64,000 nucleotides of DNA from a candidate division FCPU426 bacterium (GCA_963719085.1 CAVRAL010000004.1:736001-800000), one strand, 5' to 3'. Positions 33,466 through 43,452 are shown, numbered from the stretch's first letter. Numbers and translations are program-made. Notes: a model not told the origin generated them from the letters alone.

Positions 33466-36036
33466 ATGGCCCGGCTTAAAAAGAAAAAACAAAAGCAAGA
33501 GCTTCCCGAAGACAACGGTAAAAACGGCGTCCCGCCCCTGAACGGCGGCGCCGCTCCCTTAGCCGGAGCCGCGGGCGGCGACGGCGGCGACATCAATCGC
33601 GGCAACATCGTCATGACGGATATTGAGGATGAGATGAAGGATTCTTACCTCGATTACGCCATGAGCGTCATCGTGGGCCGCGCGCTTCCCGATGTGCGGG
33701 ACGGTTTAAAGCCGGTCCATCGCCGCATCTTCATGGGGTTGCATGACCTGGGACTGACGTCCCGCAAGCCTTACCGCAAATCCGCCAAAGTCACCGGTGA
33801 CGTGACGGGGAACTATCACCCGCATGGAACCGCCTCGGTTTACGATTCCATCGTCCGTTTGGCCCAAGACTTTTCCATGCGCTATCCCTTGGTGGACGGC
33901 CAGGGAAACTTTGGCTCCATCGACGGAGATCCGCCGGCGGCCGAACGTTACACCGAAGTCCGCATGTCGCCCTTGGCCGAGGAAATGCTGCGCGACATCG
34001 ACAAGAACACGGTCGACTTCGTCCCCAACTATGACAATACCCGGGAAGAGCCGATTGTCTTGCCCAGCGCTTTCCCCAACTTTTTGGTCAACGGCGCGCA
34101 GGGCATCGCGGTCGGGATGGCCACCAACGTCCCCCCGCACAACCTCACTGAAGTCATCGACGGGCTTGTCCACCTGATTGAAAACCCCCAAGCCACCGTG
34201 AAGGACTTGATTCAATTCATCAAGGGGCCGGACTTTCCGACCGGGGGTTACATTTTAGGGCGCGAAGGGCTTCTGGAGGCCTATAACACGGGCCGCGGCA
34301 GTGTGCGCATGCAGGCGAAAGCTTCCATTGAAGTGGATAAAAAAGACCGCGAACGCATCATCGTGTCCCAATTGCCGTTCCAAGTGAACAAGGCGCAGCT
34401 GATTGAAAAAATCGCGGAACTGGTCCGCGACAAAAAGATGGAAGGCATCACGGACCTGAGGGACGAATCCGACCGCGAGGGCATGCGGATTGTGATTGAG
34501 GTTTCCAAAAACTTCAACGGCCAAGTAGTCCTTAACAACTTACTGACCCACACCTCGCTTCGAACCTCCTTTGGCATCATCATGCTGGCCTTGGTCAACG
34601 GCCAGCCCCGGGTGCTGAACCTGAAGGGCTTGTTGTTCCATTACCTGGAACACCGAAAAGAAGTGGTCATCCGCCGCACCAAGTTCGATTTGGACAAAGC
34701 CGAGAAGCGCGCCCATATCTTGGAAGGACTGCGCATCGCCGTCGATAACCTGGATAAAATCATCAAGACGATCCGGGCCTCTAAAAATACCGAGGAAGCC
34801 AAGAACGCCCTTATTGCGGGCTTCAAGCTGTCGGCGATCCAGGCCCAAGCGATCCTCGAAATGCAGCTCCGTCAATTAACGAATCTGGAAATCAAAAAAA
34901 TTGAGGAAGAATATCTTGAGATCATCAAGACCATTGAGCGCTTGAAAGGCATCCTGGCTTCTGAAAAGAAGCTTTGGCAGGTCATCAAGGAAGAGTTGAT
35001 CGACATTAGGACCCGCTTCGGCGACGCCCGGCGCACCGAGATTATCGGCAAGGCCGAGGACATTAAAGTGGAGGATTTGATCGAGGACGAGCAAGTCGTC
35101 ATCACCCTTTCCCACGCGGGCTATATCAAGCGTCTGCCGGCCGACAGCTATCAAAAGCAGCGGCGCGGCGGTAAAGGCGTGGCGGGCGCCACGGTGCGGG
35201 AAGAGGATTTTATCGAGCGCATGTATACGGCCTCGACCCATGATTACCTGCTGGGGTTCACCAATTTCGGCAAGGTCCATTGGATCAAGGTTTACGAGAT
35301 TCCCGAATCGTCCCGTTACGCCAAGGGGACGGCTTTGGCCAATATTCTCAAGCTCGATGAGCATGAGAAAATCTCGGCGGTCCTTCCGGTGAAGGAATTC
35401 ACCGAAAAACTCAGTGTGATGATGGGAACGGCGAACGGACTCATTAAAAAAACCCTTCTGACGGCTTTCGATAAGCCCCGGGCGGGCGGTATTATCGCTA
35501 TCACCCTGGATAAGGGCGACTCGCTGGTGTCGGCCCACATCACGGACGGAAAACAAGATTTGTTCCTCGCCACCAAGCAGGGCAAAAGCATCCGCTTCCA
35601 AGAAAAGCAGGTGAGGGAAGTGGGGCGCGCCGGCAAGGGCGTCCGGGGGATTAAACTGGGTAAGGGTGATTTGGTCATCGGAATGGAAATTGTCCGGGAC
35701 TCGAAGTCGCTGTTGACCTCTACCGAGAAGGGTTTCGGCAAACGAACCAAGCTCAGCGCCTACCGGCGCCAGGGCCGGGGCGGCAAAGGTATTTTGAACA
35801 TTAAAACCACTTCCAAAAATGGAATGGCCGTCAGTATCGTGGTGGTGGGGGATGAGGATGAGATTATCGCCATGACCGCTTCCGGGAAAGTGATCCGTCA
35901 GCGGGTGAAAGAAATCAAGGGAACCGGCCGTTTGGCCCAGGGTGTTCGGCTCATTAAGATGTCCGACGATGACCGCTTGGTTTCCGTGGTGAATGTGCCG
36001 GAAGAGACAAACGAAGGAGAACCGGGTGAAAAGTAA
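33466..36036 (+). CDS. gyrA: DNA gyrase subunit A
   Basis: RDGLKPVHRR, YHPHG, AAERYTE, GyrA box QRRGGKG. Confidence 0.98.
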   Translation: MARLKKKKQKQELPEDNGKNGVPPLNGGAAPLAGAAGGDGGDINRGNIVMTDIEDEMKDSYLDYAMSVIVGRALPDVRDGLKPVHRRIFMGLHDLGLTSRKPYRKSAKVTGDVTGNYHPHGTASVYDSIVRLAQDFSMRYPLVDGQGNFGSIDGDPPAAERYTEVRMSPLAEEMLRDIDKNTVDFVPNYDNTREEPIVLPSAFPNFLVNGAQGIAVGMATNVPPHNLTEVIDGLVHLIENPQATVKDLIQFIKGPDFPTGGYILGREGLLEAYNTGRGSVRMQAKASIEVDKKDRERIIVSQLPFQVNKAQLIEKIAELVRDKKMEGITDLRDESDREGMRIVIEVSKNFNGQVVLNNLLTHTSLRTSFGIIMLALVNGQPRVLNLKGLLFHYLEHRKEVVIRRTKFDLDKAEKRAHILEGLRIAVDNLDKIIKTIRASKNTEEAKNALIAGFKLSAIQAQAILEMQLRQLTNLEIKKIEEEYLEIIKTIERLKGILASEKKLWQVIKEELIDIRTRFGDARRTEIIGKAEDIKVEDLIEDEQVVITLSHAGYIKRLPADSYQKQRRGGKGVAGATVREEDFIERMYTASTHDYLLGFTNFGKVHWIKVYEIPESSRYAKGTALANILKLDEHEKISAVLPVKEFTEKLSVMMGTANGLIKKTLLTAFDKPRAGGIIAITLDKGDSLVSAHITDGKQDLFLATKQGKSIRFQEKQVREVGRAGKGVRGIKLGKGDLVIGMEIVRDSKSLLTSTEKGFGKRTKLSAYRRQGRGGKGILNIKTTSKNGMAVSIVVVGDEDEIIAMTASGKVIRQRVKEIKGTGRLAQGVRLIKMSDDDRLVSVVNVPEETNEGEPGEK

Positions 36037-39000
36037 GTATTTTCAAGTTTTCTTACTGATAGGTCTGATTCCGCTGTTGGCTTTGGCGGGGGTTTACGCT
36101 TGGTCGATTTTGAGCGAACCGCCCAAGGGGCCGACGGCGGCCGCGCCTTCGGCGGGTCCGGCGCTCAATCCGGCCACGGTTCAAACCGAAATCAGCACGG
36201 TCTCGTCCTCGCTTTATAACGACTTGAAGAAAACCCACGATGACACGACCACCTTGCTTCAGCATCACGCGGACGCGGACCTCACGACTTTCGTGCAGTC
36301 CCATCCGGGGGTCAGCGGAATCTTGGTGGTTTCTTTGGACGGGAAAAATCTTCGGTCCGTTCCGGCGGTTCCTTCGCTCACGGATCTTTCTTACGGGTCT
36401 TCGGATGAGTTCAAAAGCGTCTTGGATCATTTAAAGAGCGAGCCGGGCGGGATTTACCAGTTTTACACCTCAAAGTTCACCAATCCCTCCTTTGTCTTCG
36501 CCTTGGATTTGTCCGCGGCTTCGGCCGGGGAAGTGGTTTTTGATCTTTCGACCTTGTTTAAGGGCATGAATCTTCATGGCGGCGAAGCTTATATCTTGGA
36601 TGGAAAATCGGGCCAATATCTTTACGCCACCAATCCTTCCCGTTATTCGCAAACTTTTAATACCGCGCAAAGCCCGGCCTTGACCAAGGTCCAAACCGAC
36701 CTTTCGGCGCAGACCGCCGGCATCGCCCAGGGCACGACAACCACTCTTATTTATACCCCGTTCCTCAATTCCTATGGACTGGTGGAAGAAATTCCCCAAA
36801 CCGCCTTTACCGCCCCCGCGGCCGCGCGCGCCGAAGAGGAAACCAGCCCGCTTGAACAGCTGCAAACCCCCGTGACGCTGGCCGCGGTCGTGGCCTTGGC
36901 CTGGGTCTTTTTGATGTTTTATGTGGGGCTGGGACTTTTACTGACGCCTTTGAAAAAAGCCCGGGCCGCGATTTTGGCCGCGGTACAAAGCGGAAAATCC
37001 ATCGGCCCGGATACGCTGGGGCAATTCGGCAAAGACGAAGTGGGACAGATCGTTCAAGCGGCTTCCGATCTTTTAAAGAAGCTGGAATCCGAAAAAACCG
37101 AGTTGGAACGGGATAAAGAAGAAGCCATCCGCCAGGCCCGCGCCTTGATTGAGAATAAAAACAAGGAAGCCCAGCAGATTCAACAGCAGGCCGACGGGGT
37201 GAAGAAAAATCTGGAAGACACCACCCAGCAGCTCAATGACAAGTTAAAAGAATTGGACGCCCTCAAAGGCATGGCCGAGGGGTTGCGCGGTCAAACCGAG
37301 CAGTCCAAAGCCGATAACGCCAAATTGAAGGCGCAGGTTTCGGGATTGGAAACCTCCCAAGCGGACGTTCAAAAAAAATTAGCCGCCGCCGAAAACAAGA
37401 TTAAAGAAACCGAAGCCAAGCTTTTACAAGCCCTGTCCACCGCTTCGCCCCTGCAGGTTTCCCAAGTCCGTTCCGCCGCCATCAAGACCATGGCGGAAGA
37501 ACTCAAGACCACCTTGGGCATCATCAAGGGTTACGTTTCTTCCGCCTTGGGCGCCACCCAAGGCGGGATCAACGAGAAGCAGCAAGAATTTTTGGGAATG
37601 GTCATCAACCGAAGCGCGCGGCTGGAAAAGTTCATCAACGATCTTTTGGATATTTACCAGGTCGAGATTGAGCAGGAAGAGGCGAAGACCGAGGAAGTCA
37701 ACCTGCCCGCCGAAATTGAGGGATTGGCCTTCAACTTCCAAGCCCAAGCCGAGGTCAAAAACATCAAGATCAAGGTGGAGGGGAAACCCAACTTGCCCAA
37801 GGTGCCCATCGTTCGCCGCCGCTTCAATCAGTTGTGGAATATTCTTTACCTGCAAACCATCAAGGACGCGCCCCGGGGTTCCACGATTTCCATTTCCCTG
37901 GAGCCTTTGGGCGAAATGGTCAAGGTTTCGGTCATCGACCCGGGCTTGATCGTCAAACCTGAAAGCCTTCCCAAGTTATTCGATGAGTTTTATGACCCGA
38001 AACATCCGGCTTCGACCCAATTGGCGGGAACGGGCTTAAAATTCGCGCTCATTAAAACCATTTTGGCCGCCCATGGCGGAGGCGCGGTGGCGGAGGCCGC
38101 TGATCCGGGCACCAATCTCATTTTAACCTTCCCGACTAAGCGAAAAGTTCCCGGCGCGGTTTCTCCCGTGGTAAGCGTTACGCCCGCTTCGCCGGCGCCT
38201 GCCGCTCCCGCGGCGGCTAAACCCTTCACCGTCGCGGGGGTTACACCCAGACCTACCGCGCCTTTAGGGCCGGTCCCCGGTCTTGCCGCCAAACCAGCCG
38301 TAGTCGCGCCAACCACTCCCGCTACGCCCAGACCCCTAGGCCCGACGCCGACGGTTGCCCCGTCGGGGCAGATCCCTGGCGCGCCTGTGGCTAGGCCCCC
38401 GGTTACTCCTGGAGTTTTAGATTCGTTGTTATCAGGCAATGTGCCACCCGCGGGCACGGTCCCCGTAGGGGGACCCAAGCCTTCACCCACGGCTTCTATT
38501 CCCCCAGCCGGGACTCCGCCTGCCGCCGCGCCTCCGGTTACTCCCAAGCCCCCAGTGGGGACTTCACCCGCGGCGACTCCGTCAGCGGTAACGCCCAGCT
38601 CCATTGACGCACTTCTCTCGGCGAAGATAGCCTCCGTTTCCGCCACGCCCGTGCCGCCTGGGGGGACAGCGCCCGCGGCGCCTAAACCGCCTATCAGCGC
38701 CGCGCCGAGTGTTCCGAGCGCGCCTTCTCCCCTAGGGACCGCGCCCGCCGCGCCCAGGCCGCCAATGCCCGCTGGAGGAACCGCCCCAGTCGCGCCACGA
38801 CCGCCCATGCCCCCTGCGGGGACTATGCCCCCCGGAATGACGCCGCCCGGAAATTTGCCGCCGATGGGGACTCCGCCTCCTATGGGAGCGCCGAAACCTC
38901 CAATGCCCGGCATGCCGCCATCACCGGGTGTGCCTCGTCCTCCAGTGCCCCCAGGGGCGACCGCGCCTGGGGCTCCCCGACCGCCAATGCCGCCCGGGAC

Positions 39001-39352
39001 GATGCCCTCTGCGGGGACTGTGCCAGGCGTGCCTCGTCCTCCCATGCCCCCGGGAATGCCGCCCTCCGGGGCTCCTGCCATGGGCGCCCCGCGGCCGCCG
39101 TCAGTTCCGGGAGTTCCACCGCCAGCGGGGATTCCGCCAAGGCCAGCCGCGCCGGTCGTTGTCCCGACGTCGATTAAACCAACGGCGCCGCCCGAAGGCA
39201 TTTTGGATTTAGATAATTTGGATAGTTTCAAAGTGGACGATGGATCTAAACCGCCCTTGCCCAAGCCTCCGGTTCCGCCTCCGGGGACCATGCCTACGAT
39301 GGATAAACCCATCGTGAAGAACAAAGACGGCGAAGGCGAAATCATTGAGTGA
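36026..39352 (+). CDS. Membrane pseudo-histidine kinase (sensor domain, HAMP, coiled coil, degenerate DHp/CA) with proline-rich C-terminal tail
   Basis: Two TM helices, HAMP-like DEVGQI, H-box MAEELKTTL lacking His, DPGLIV, LFDEFY, GTGLKF; GTG start with AAGGAG RBS inside the gyrA 3' end. Confidence 0.75.
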   Translation: MKSKYFQVFLLIGLIPLLALAGVYAWSILSEPPKGPTAAAPSAGPALNPATVQTEISTVSSSLYNDLKKTHDDTTTLLQHHADADLTTFVQSHPGVSGILVVSLDGKNLRSVPAVPSLTDLSYGSSDEFKSVLDHLKSEPGGIYQFYTSKFTNPSFVFALDLSAASAGEVVFDLSTLFKGMNLHGGEAYILDGKSGQYLYATNPSRYSQTFNTAQSPALTKVQTDLSAQTAGIAQGTTTTLIYTPFLNSYGLVEEIPQTAFTAPAAARAEEETSPLEQLQTPVTLAAVVALAWVFLMFYVGLGLLLTPLKKARAAILAAVQSGKSIGPDTLGQFGKDEVGQIVQAASDLLKKLESEKTELERDKEEAIRQARALIENKNKEAQQIQQQADGVKKNLEDTTQQLNDKLKELDALKGMAEGLRGQTEQSKADNAKLKAQVSGLETSQADVQKKLAAAENKIKETEAKLLQALSTASPLQVSQVRSAAIKTMAEELKTTLGIIKGYVSSALGATQGGINEKQQEFLGMVINRSARLEKFINDLLDIYQVEIEQEEAKTEEVNLPAEIEGLAFNFQAQAEVKNIKIKVEGKPNLPKVPIVRRRFNQLWNILYLQTIKDAPRGSTISISLEPLGEMVKVSVIDPGLIVKPESLPKLFDEFYDPKHPASTQLAGTGLKFALIKTILAAHGGGAVAEAADPGTNLILTFPTKRKVPGAVSPVVSVTPASPAPAAPAAAKPFTVAGVTPRPTAPLGPVPGLAAKPAVVAPTTPATPRPLGPTPTVAPSGQIPGAPVARPPVTPGVLDSLLSGNVPPAGTVPVGGPKPSPTASIPPAGTPPAAAPPVTPKPPVGTSPAATPSAVTPSSIDALLSAKIASVSATPVPPGGTAPAAPKPPISAAPSVPSAPSPLGTAPAAPRPPMPAGGTAPVAPRPPMPPAGTMPPGMTPPGNLPPMGTPPPMGAPKPPMPGMPPSPGVPRPPVPPGATAPGAPRPPMPPGTMPSAGTVPGVPRPPMPPGMPPSGAPAMGAPRPPSVPGVPPPAGIPPRPAAPVVVPTSIKPTAPPEGILDLDNLDSFKVDDGSKPPLPKPPVPPPGTMPTMDKPIVKNKDGEGEIIE

Positions 39353-39383
39353 TTTTTTTAACGGTCCTTCGGGTCGTTAGACC

Positions 39384-40424
39384 ATGATCCATCCCAGCCG
39401 CAAGGCTGTTCTCGTTGTTTTTTTCTCGTTGGTCGGGTTCATGATTTTGGGGCTCGTTGCCGGTCTTTTTACCGACGGCCCCAAACTTTTAGCGGTCATC
39501 CATAGTCTGAAGATCCCCTCCATCGTGCTGGCTTTTTTATGCATGGGCTGCGCTTACTTCGCCCTTTGCCTTTCTTTCCACAGTCTTTTCGCCATTACGG
39601 ATTATCCCATCCCCGTTCCCCGGCTTTTTATCATCACCTTCATCTCGGCCACCTTTAATTACATTATTTCCTCCGGTGGCATGTCGACCATGGCGGTGCG
39701 GTCCTATCTTTTAAAACAGCAAAAGGTCCCTTATTCGGTCAGCATTCCCATTTCTTTCGCCCAAAATATGATTTTCAACGTGGTGCTTTCTTTCGTTTGT
39801 TTGGGCGGATTGATCTATTTAAAAAACCACCACCAATTCGACGGCGGGCCGCAACAGGCGGTCATTTTTAGTTTTATGACCGGACTCATCGGTGTGGTGT
39901 CAGTGATGGTTTTGGTTTTTTTCAACACAAGGTTCCGCCGCTGGTTTTTGCGGATCCTGATCTTGATCAGCGGTTGGATCAGCCGCCGGCTTTTCAAAAA
40001 AGCTTTAAACCCGGAACGCCTGCGGGCGGACCGCCGCAAAATCGAGGGTTCGGTGAAGTACCTGCATCAAGGCTGGGGAAGGCTCATCCTGGTTTTCTTT
40101 TGGGTGAGCATGGATTGGTTTTTCACGGCCTTGACTTTGTTCTTTTGTTTTCAAGCCGCGGGCGTGGACCTGACCTTCGGGCTTTTGTTGGTGGGATTCG
40201 CGGTGGAATTTCTCACCTCCACCGCCAACGTGGTGCCGGCCGGATTGGGCGTGACGGAAGGCTCAGTGGCCGGCGTTTTTTCGGTGTTGGGGGTCGATAT
40301 CAACCAAGCCTTGATTGCCGCCTTGCTCTTTCGGGTGATCTTCTTTTTCGTCCCGCTGTTGGTCTCAACCGGCCTCTATTTGGATACCATGCGAACCCTT
40401 TGGAAGAACCAGTCCAAAGCCTAG
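39384..40424 (+). CDS. Lysylphosphatidylglycerol synthase TM-domain (flippase-like, UPF0104) protein
   Basis: Multi-TM; PAGLGVTEG and AALLFRVIFF motifs. Confidence 0.8.
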   Translation: MIHPSRKAVLVVFFSLVGFMILGLVAGLFTDGPKLLAVIHSLKIPSIVLAFLCMGCAYFALCLSFHSLFAITDYPIPVPRLFIITFISATFNYIISSGGMSTMAVRSYLLKQQKVPYSVSIPISFAQNMIFNVVLSFVCLGGLIYLKNHHQFDGGPQQAVIFSFMTGLIGVVSVMVLVFFNTRFRRWFLRILILISGWISRRLFKKALNPERLRADRRKIEGSVKYLHQGWGRLILVFFWVSMDWFFTALTLFFCFQAAGVDLTFGLLLVGFAVEFLTSTANVVPAGLGVTEGSVAGVFSVLGVDINQALIAALLFRVIFFFVPLLVSTGLYLDTMRTLWKNQSKA

Positions 40425-40586
40425 TTTGCCTCCCCTTCAAGCGCTCTAGTCCCATGCTTAAATCTCAATAAAACATCCAATTGAAAGTTGGAGTGCTTAA
40501 AAACCCCGGAATTTGAGCCAATTTCATCCATTTGGCCTCTCCAAACAGCCAAATTAGGACACTACCCCTCTAAGACTTTTATATTA

Positions 40587-40616
40587 CTTGACATGAAGTG
40601 ACTAATATTATATATT
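40587..40616 (+). promoter_or_regulatory. Sigma70 promoter overlapped by a HAIR-like (HspR) operator
   Basis: TTGACA(40588)-N17-TATATT(40611); CTTGACA-N7-ACTAATA (40587-40607) vs HAIR CTTGAGT-N7-ACTCAAG. Confidence 0.6.
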
Positions 40617-40670
40617 TATCTCATTAAAGAAAAAGTGAAAGAATAATAAGGTTCGTCAAGGAGATTGAAA

Positions 40671-41522
40671 ATGGAAAAACTACCCTTTTTCAGTGAAGAA
40701 AAATCACTGGGAACTTATCTCAAAGAAATCGCCCGGGTCTCGCTTTTGACGCCCGAGCAGGAAAAAGAACTCAGCCGCGCCGCCCAAAAGGGCGATGAGA
40801 AGGCTTTGACTCAATTGATCGAGGCCAATCTGCGCTTCGTGGTCTCGGTGGCCAAGGGCTACCGCAACCGGGGACTTTCATTCTTGGATCTCATTAATGA
40901 AGGCAACCTGGGGCTGATGAAGGCCGCCCGCACCTTTGATCCGGCGCGGGGTGTTCGGTTTGTCTCCTACGCGGTTTGGTGGATCCGTCAGTCGATTTTG
41001 GCGGCGATTCTGGACAAGGGCGATATCGTCCGGATTCCCCAAAGCCAAACGAAAAAGATCCGCAAGATCAACAAGCGCATGGCCGAGCTTCAGCAAAAAG
41101 CCGGGGAAGAAATGAGCGACGTGGAAGTCATGAAAAAAGCCGATATTGACCGCAAGACGCTCAGCGAAGTGCGGCAATTCAGCCATGGCTACCTTTCGCT
41201 GGATACCACCAAGGTGGGGGACAGCGAAACGCCGATCCTTGATTTTTTAAAGGACCCGCGCGATCAGGATTCCTTCGAGAAGCAATTGATGGATCAAGAC
41301 CTGACCGGCAAATTGACGGGGCTTTTGAAGACCCTGGATCCGCGCGACGCCAAGATTTTGTCCTGGCGCTATGGTTTGGACGGCCAGGGAAGCCGGACCT
41401 TGGATGAGATCGGAAAAAGCTTGAGCATCTCCAAGGAACGGGTCCGCCAAATTGAGGAACGGGCCATGAAAAAAATCCGCGGCGTCGAGGGCGTGGAAGA
41501 GCTCCGGGATTACGTCGCCTAA
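40671..41522 (+). CDS. RpoD/SigA-family sigma factor lacking region 1.1
   Basis: YLKEI, ANLRFVVSVAK, DLINEGNLGL, YAVWWIRQ, SKERVRQIE. Confidence 0.92.
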   Translation: MEKLPFFSEEKSLGTYLKEIARVSLLTPEQEKELSRAAQKGDEKALTQLIEANLRFVVSVAKGYRNRGLSFLDLINEGNLGLMKAARTFDPARGVRFVSYAVWWIRQSILAAILDKGDIVRIPQSQTKKIRKINKRMAELQQKAGEEMSDVEVMKKADIDRKTLSEVRQFSHGYLSLDTTKVGDSETPILDFLKDPRDQDSFEKQLMDQDLTGKLTGLLKTLDPRDAKILSWRYGLDGQGSRTLDEIGKSLSISKERVRQIEERAMKKIRGVEGVEELRDYVA

Positions 41523-41523
41523 T

Positions 41524-41868
41524 ATGGATCTCTCGCCCGAACATCCGGTTTATACCATCAGTGTGGTCGCCCATCTTTTGGGCGTCCACGAGCAAACCCT
41601 TCGGCAATACGAGCGGTTAGGGCTCGTTTCGCCCTGCCGCACGCTGCGCCGGACCCGCATGTATTCGAAGGCCGATGTTGAGCTCTTGGAATCCATCAAT
41701 TATTTGGTGAAAATTTGCGGGGTCAACCTGGCGGGGGTCAAAATTGTGGTCACCCTTTGCACCCATCACCCCGACCTGGATCGTCTATTAAGGCAGAGGG
41801 AAATTTCCCCGGATACCATCCGGCAGAAATTGAGTGAGTTAAATCAGCTAAAGGATGAGCCACTATGA
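41524..41868 (+). CDS. hspR: MerR-family regulator, HspR-like
   Basis: PVYTISVVAHLLGVHEQTLRQYERLGL and GVNLAGV signature. Confidence 0.75.
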   Translation: MDLSPEHPVYTISVVAHLLGVHEQTLRQYERLGLVSPCRTLRRTRMYSKADVELLESINYLVKICGVNLAGVKIVVTLCTHHPDLDRLLRQREISPDTIRQKLSELNQLKDEPL

Positions 41869-43394
41869 AAAATCTTTTTATTTTTAAAAGCTTCACCAAG
41901 CCCTTTCCCGCCGCGCTTTTAGCGCTCTGCTTAACCGCGGGCACTGTCGTCCCGGCCCAAGCCCTTAACTTAATGGAGCCCCAAGAAGCGCCGGTGAAGC
42001 TGGGGCCCAATAACGCGGCTTTGGCTTTGCAAAACGCTTTCATCGATGTGGCGGCTTCCGTGAGCCCGGCGGTGGTCAACATCAGCTCTGAATGGACGGA
42101 AGACGTGCAGGGGCTGGGCCAGTTCGGCAATATGAACGACCTGTGGCGCTATTTTTTTAACGGGCCCAACGGCAACGGCGGACAAGTTCCCGAATATAAA
42201 CAAAAGCAACGAAGCCTGGGATCGGGCTTTATTGTCACGTCCGACGGCACGATCGTGACCAATGCCCACGTGGTAGGAAAAGCCGAGAAGGTCACGGTGA
42301 CTTTTGAGAACGGAACCACTTATCCCGCCAAAATTATCGGAAAAGACTTAAAGACCGATATCGCGGTCATTAAGATTACCGACGCCAGTAAAACCTTTCC
42401 CACAGTGGTCTTAGGCGACTCGGATCAACTGAAGGTCGGGGAGTGGGCGATCGCCATCGGCAATCCCTTCGCCTTGGACCACACGGTCACCACCGGGGTC
42501 ATCTCCGCCAAAGGACGTAGTGTGGAGGTCAGCGAGAATGGAGCGGCGCAAAGCTATATCCAAACCGACGCTTCCATCAATCCCGGCAACTCCGGGGGCC
42601 CGCTTTGTAATATTCAAGGCGAAGTCATCGGCATCAATAGCGCCATCTACAGCCAGTCCGGCGGTTCGATCGGCATTGGATTCGCCATCCCGATTAATAT
42701 CGCCAAAAAGGTGGCGGATGATTTGGTGAATAACGGCAAGGTGATCCGCGCCGGGCTCGGCGCCGTGGTGCAATCTTTAAACCCGCAGATCGCGAAAAGT
42801 TTTGGGCTGGCTTCCACCCAAGGAGCGCTTATTTCCAGCGTGAATCCGGGCAGCGCCGCTGAAAAAGCCGGGTTAAAACCGGGGGATATCATTCTGGATC
42901 TGGATGGCCAAACGATTGATAGTTCCAACGATTTGGTGACCAAGCTTTATACCTTCGCCCCCGGCCAAGTGGTTCAACTGACCGTGCTTCGCAACGGAAC
43001 CCAAAGCGAGATGGCGGCCACCCTGCAAACCCTCAGTGACACCGCGGCCGGGCCGGGTTCCGCCGGGGGGGATAATTCCGAAGATTCCACCGCTCCGGCG
43101 GATTCGGGCCAAACCTTGGGGCTTTCCTTCCAAGACCAGACCCCTGACATTCAACAGCAATTGCCCAAGGGCGCCCCGAAAGGTCCGGTGGTGATGGGCA
43201 TCGATCAAGATAGCCCGGCGGCCGCTTCCGGCCTCCAACCCGGCGATGTTATCTTGAAGGTGAACAATACGACGGTCACTACCGCCGACCAGTTGTCGGC
43301 AGTGCTTAAAAAATCCGACCTGAAAAGCGGAGTCCGGCTTTTTGTTTGGCGCGGTGGATCCACCCTCTATAGTTTTTTACAAGACGGTGATTAA
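41865..43394 (+). CDS. degP: HtrA/DegP (Do family) serine protease with two PDZ domains
   Basis: GSGFIV, TNAHVV, DIAVIK, QTDASINPGNSGGPL; signal peptide. Confidence 0.92.
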   Translation: MKNLFIFKSFTKPFPAALLALCLTAGTVVPAQALNLMEPQEAPVKLGPNNAALALQNAFIDVAASVSPAVVNISSEWTEDVQGLGQFGNMNDLWRYFFNGPNGNGGQVPEYKQKQRSLGSGFIVTSDGTIVTNAHVVGKAEKVTVTFENGTTYPAKIIGKDLKTDIAVIKITDASKTFPTVVLGDSDQLKVGEWAIAIGNPFALDHTVTTGVISAKGRSVEVSENGAAQSYIQTDASINPGNSGGPLCNIQGEVIGINSAIYSQSGGSIGIGFAIPINIAKKVADDLVNNGKVIRAGLGAVVQSLNPQIAKSFGLASTQGALISSVNPGSAAEKAGLKPGDIILDLDGQTIDSSNDLVTKLYTFAPGQVVQLTVLRNGTQSEMAATLQTLSDTAAGPGSAGGDNSEDSTAPADSGQTLGLSFQDQTPDIQQQLPKGAPKGPVVMGIDQDSPAAASGLQPGDVILKVNNTTVTTADQLSAVLKKSDLKSGVRLFVWRGGSTLYSFLQDGD

Positions 43395-43406
43395 TCCACA
43401 AGCCTC

Positions 43407-43452
43407 AATAAAAAAGCCCCGCGCCGAAAGTTTCGGCCGGGGCTTTTTTATT
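43407..43452 (+). terminator. Intrinsic terminator after degP
   Basis: AATAAAAAAGCCCCG...CGGGGCTTTTTTATT. Confidence 0.85.

Noticed and set aside
37990..39345. 451-aa Gly-rich ORF on the minus strand
   Set aside because: Antisense shadow of the Pro-rich tail (CCN read as NGG/GG-rich codons); no independent motif
40473..40500. CIRCE element (GAGTGCTTAA half-site)
   Set aside because: No matching left arm at 9-nt spacing
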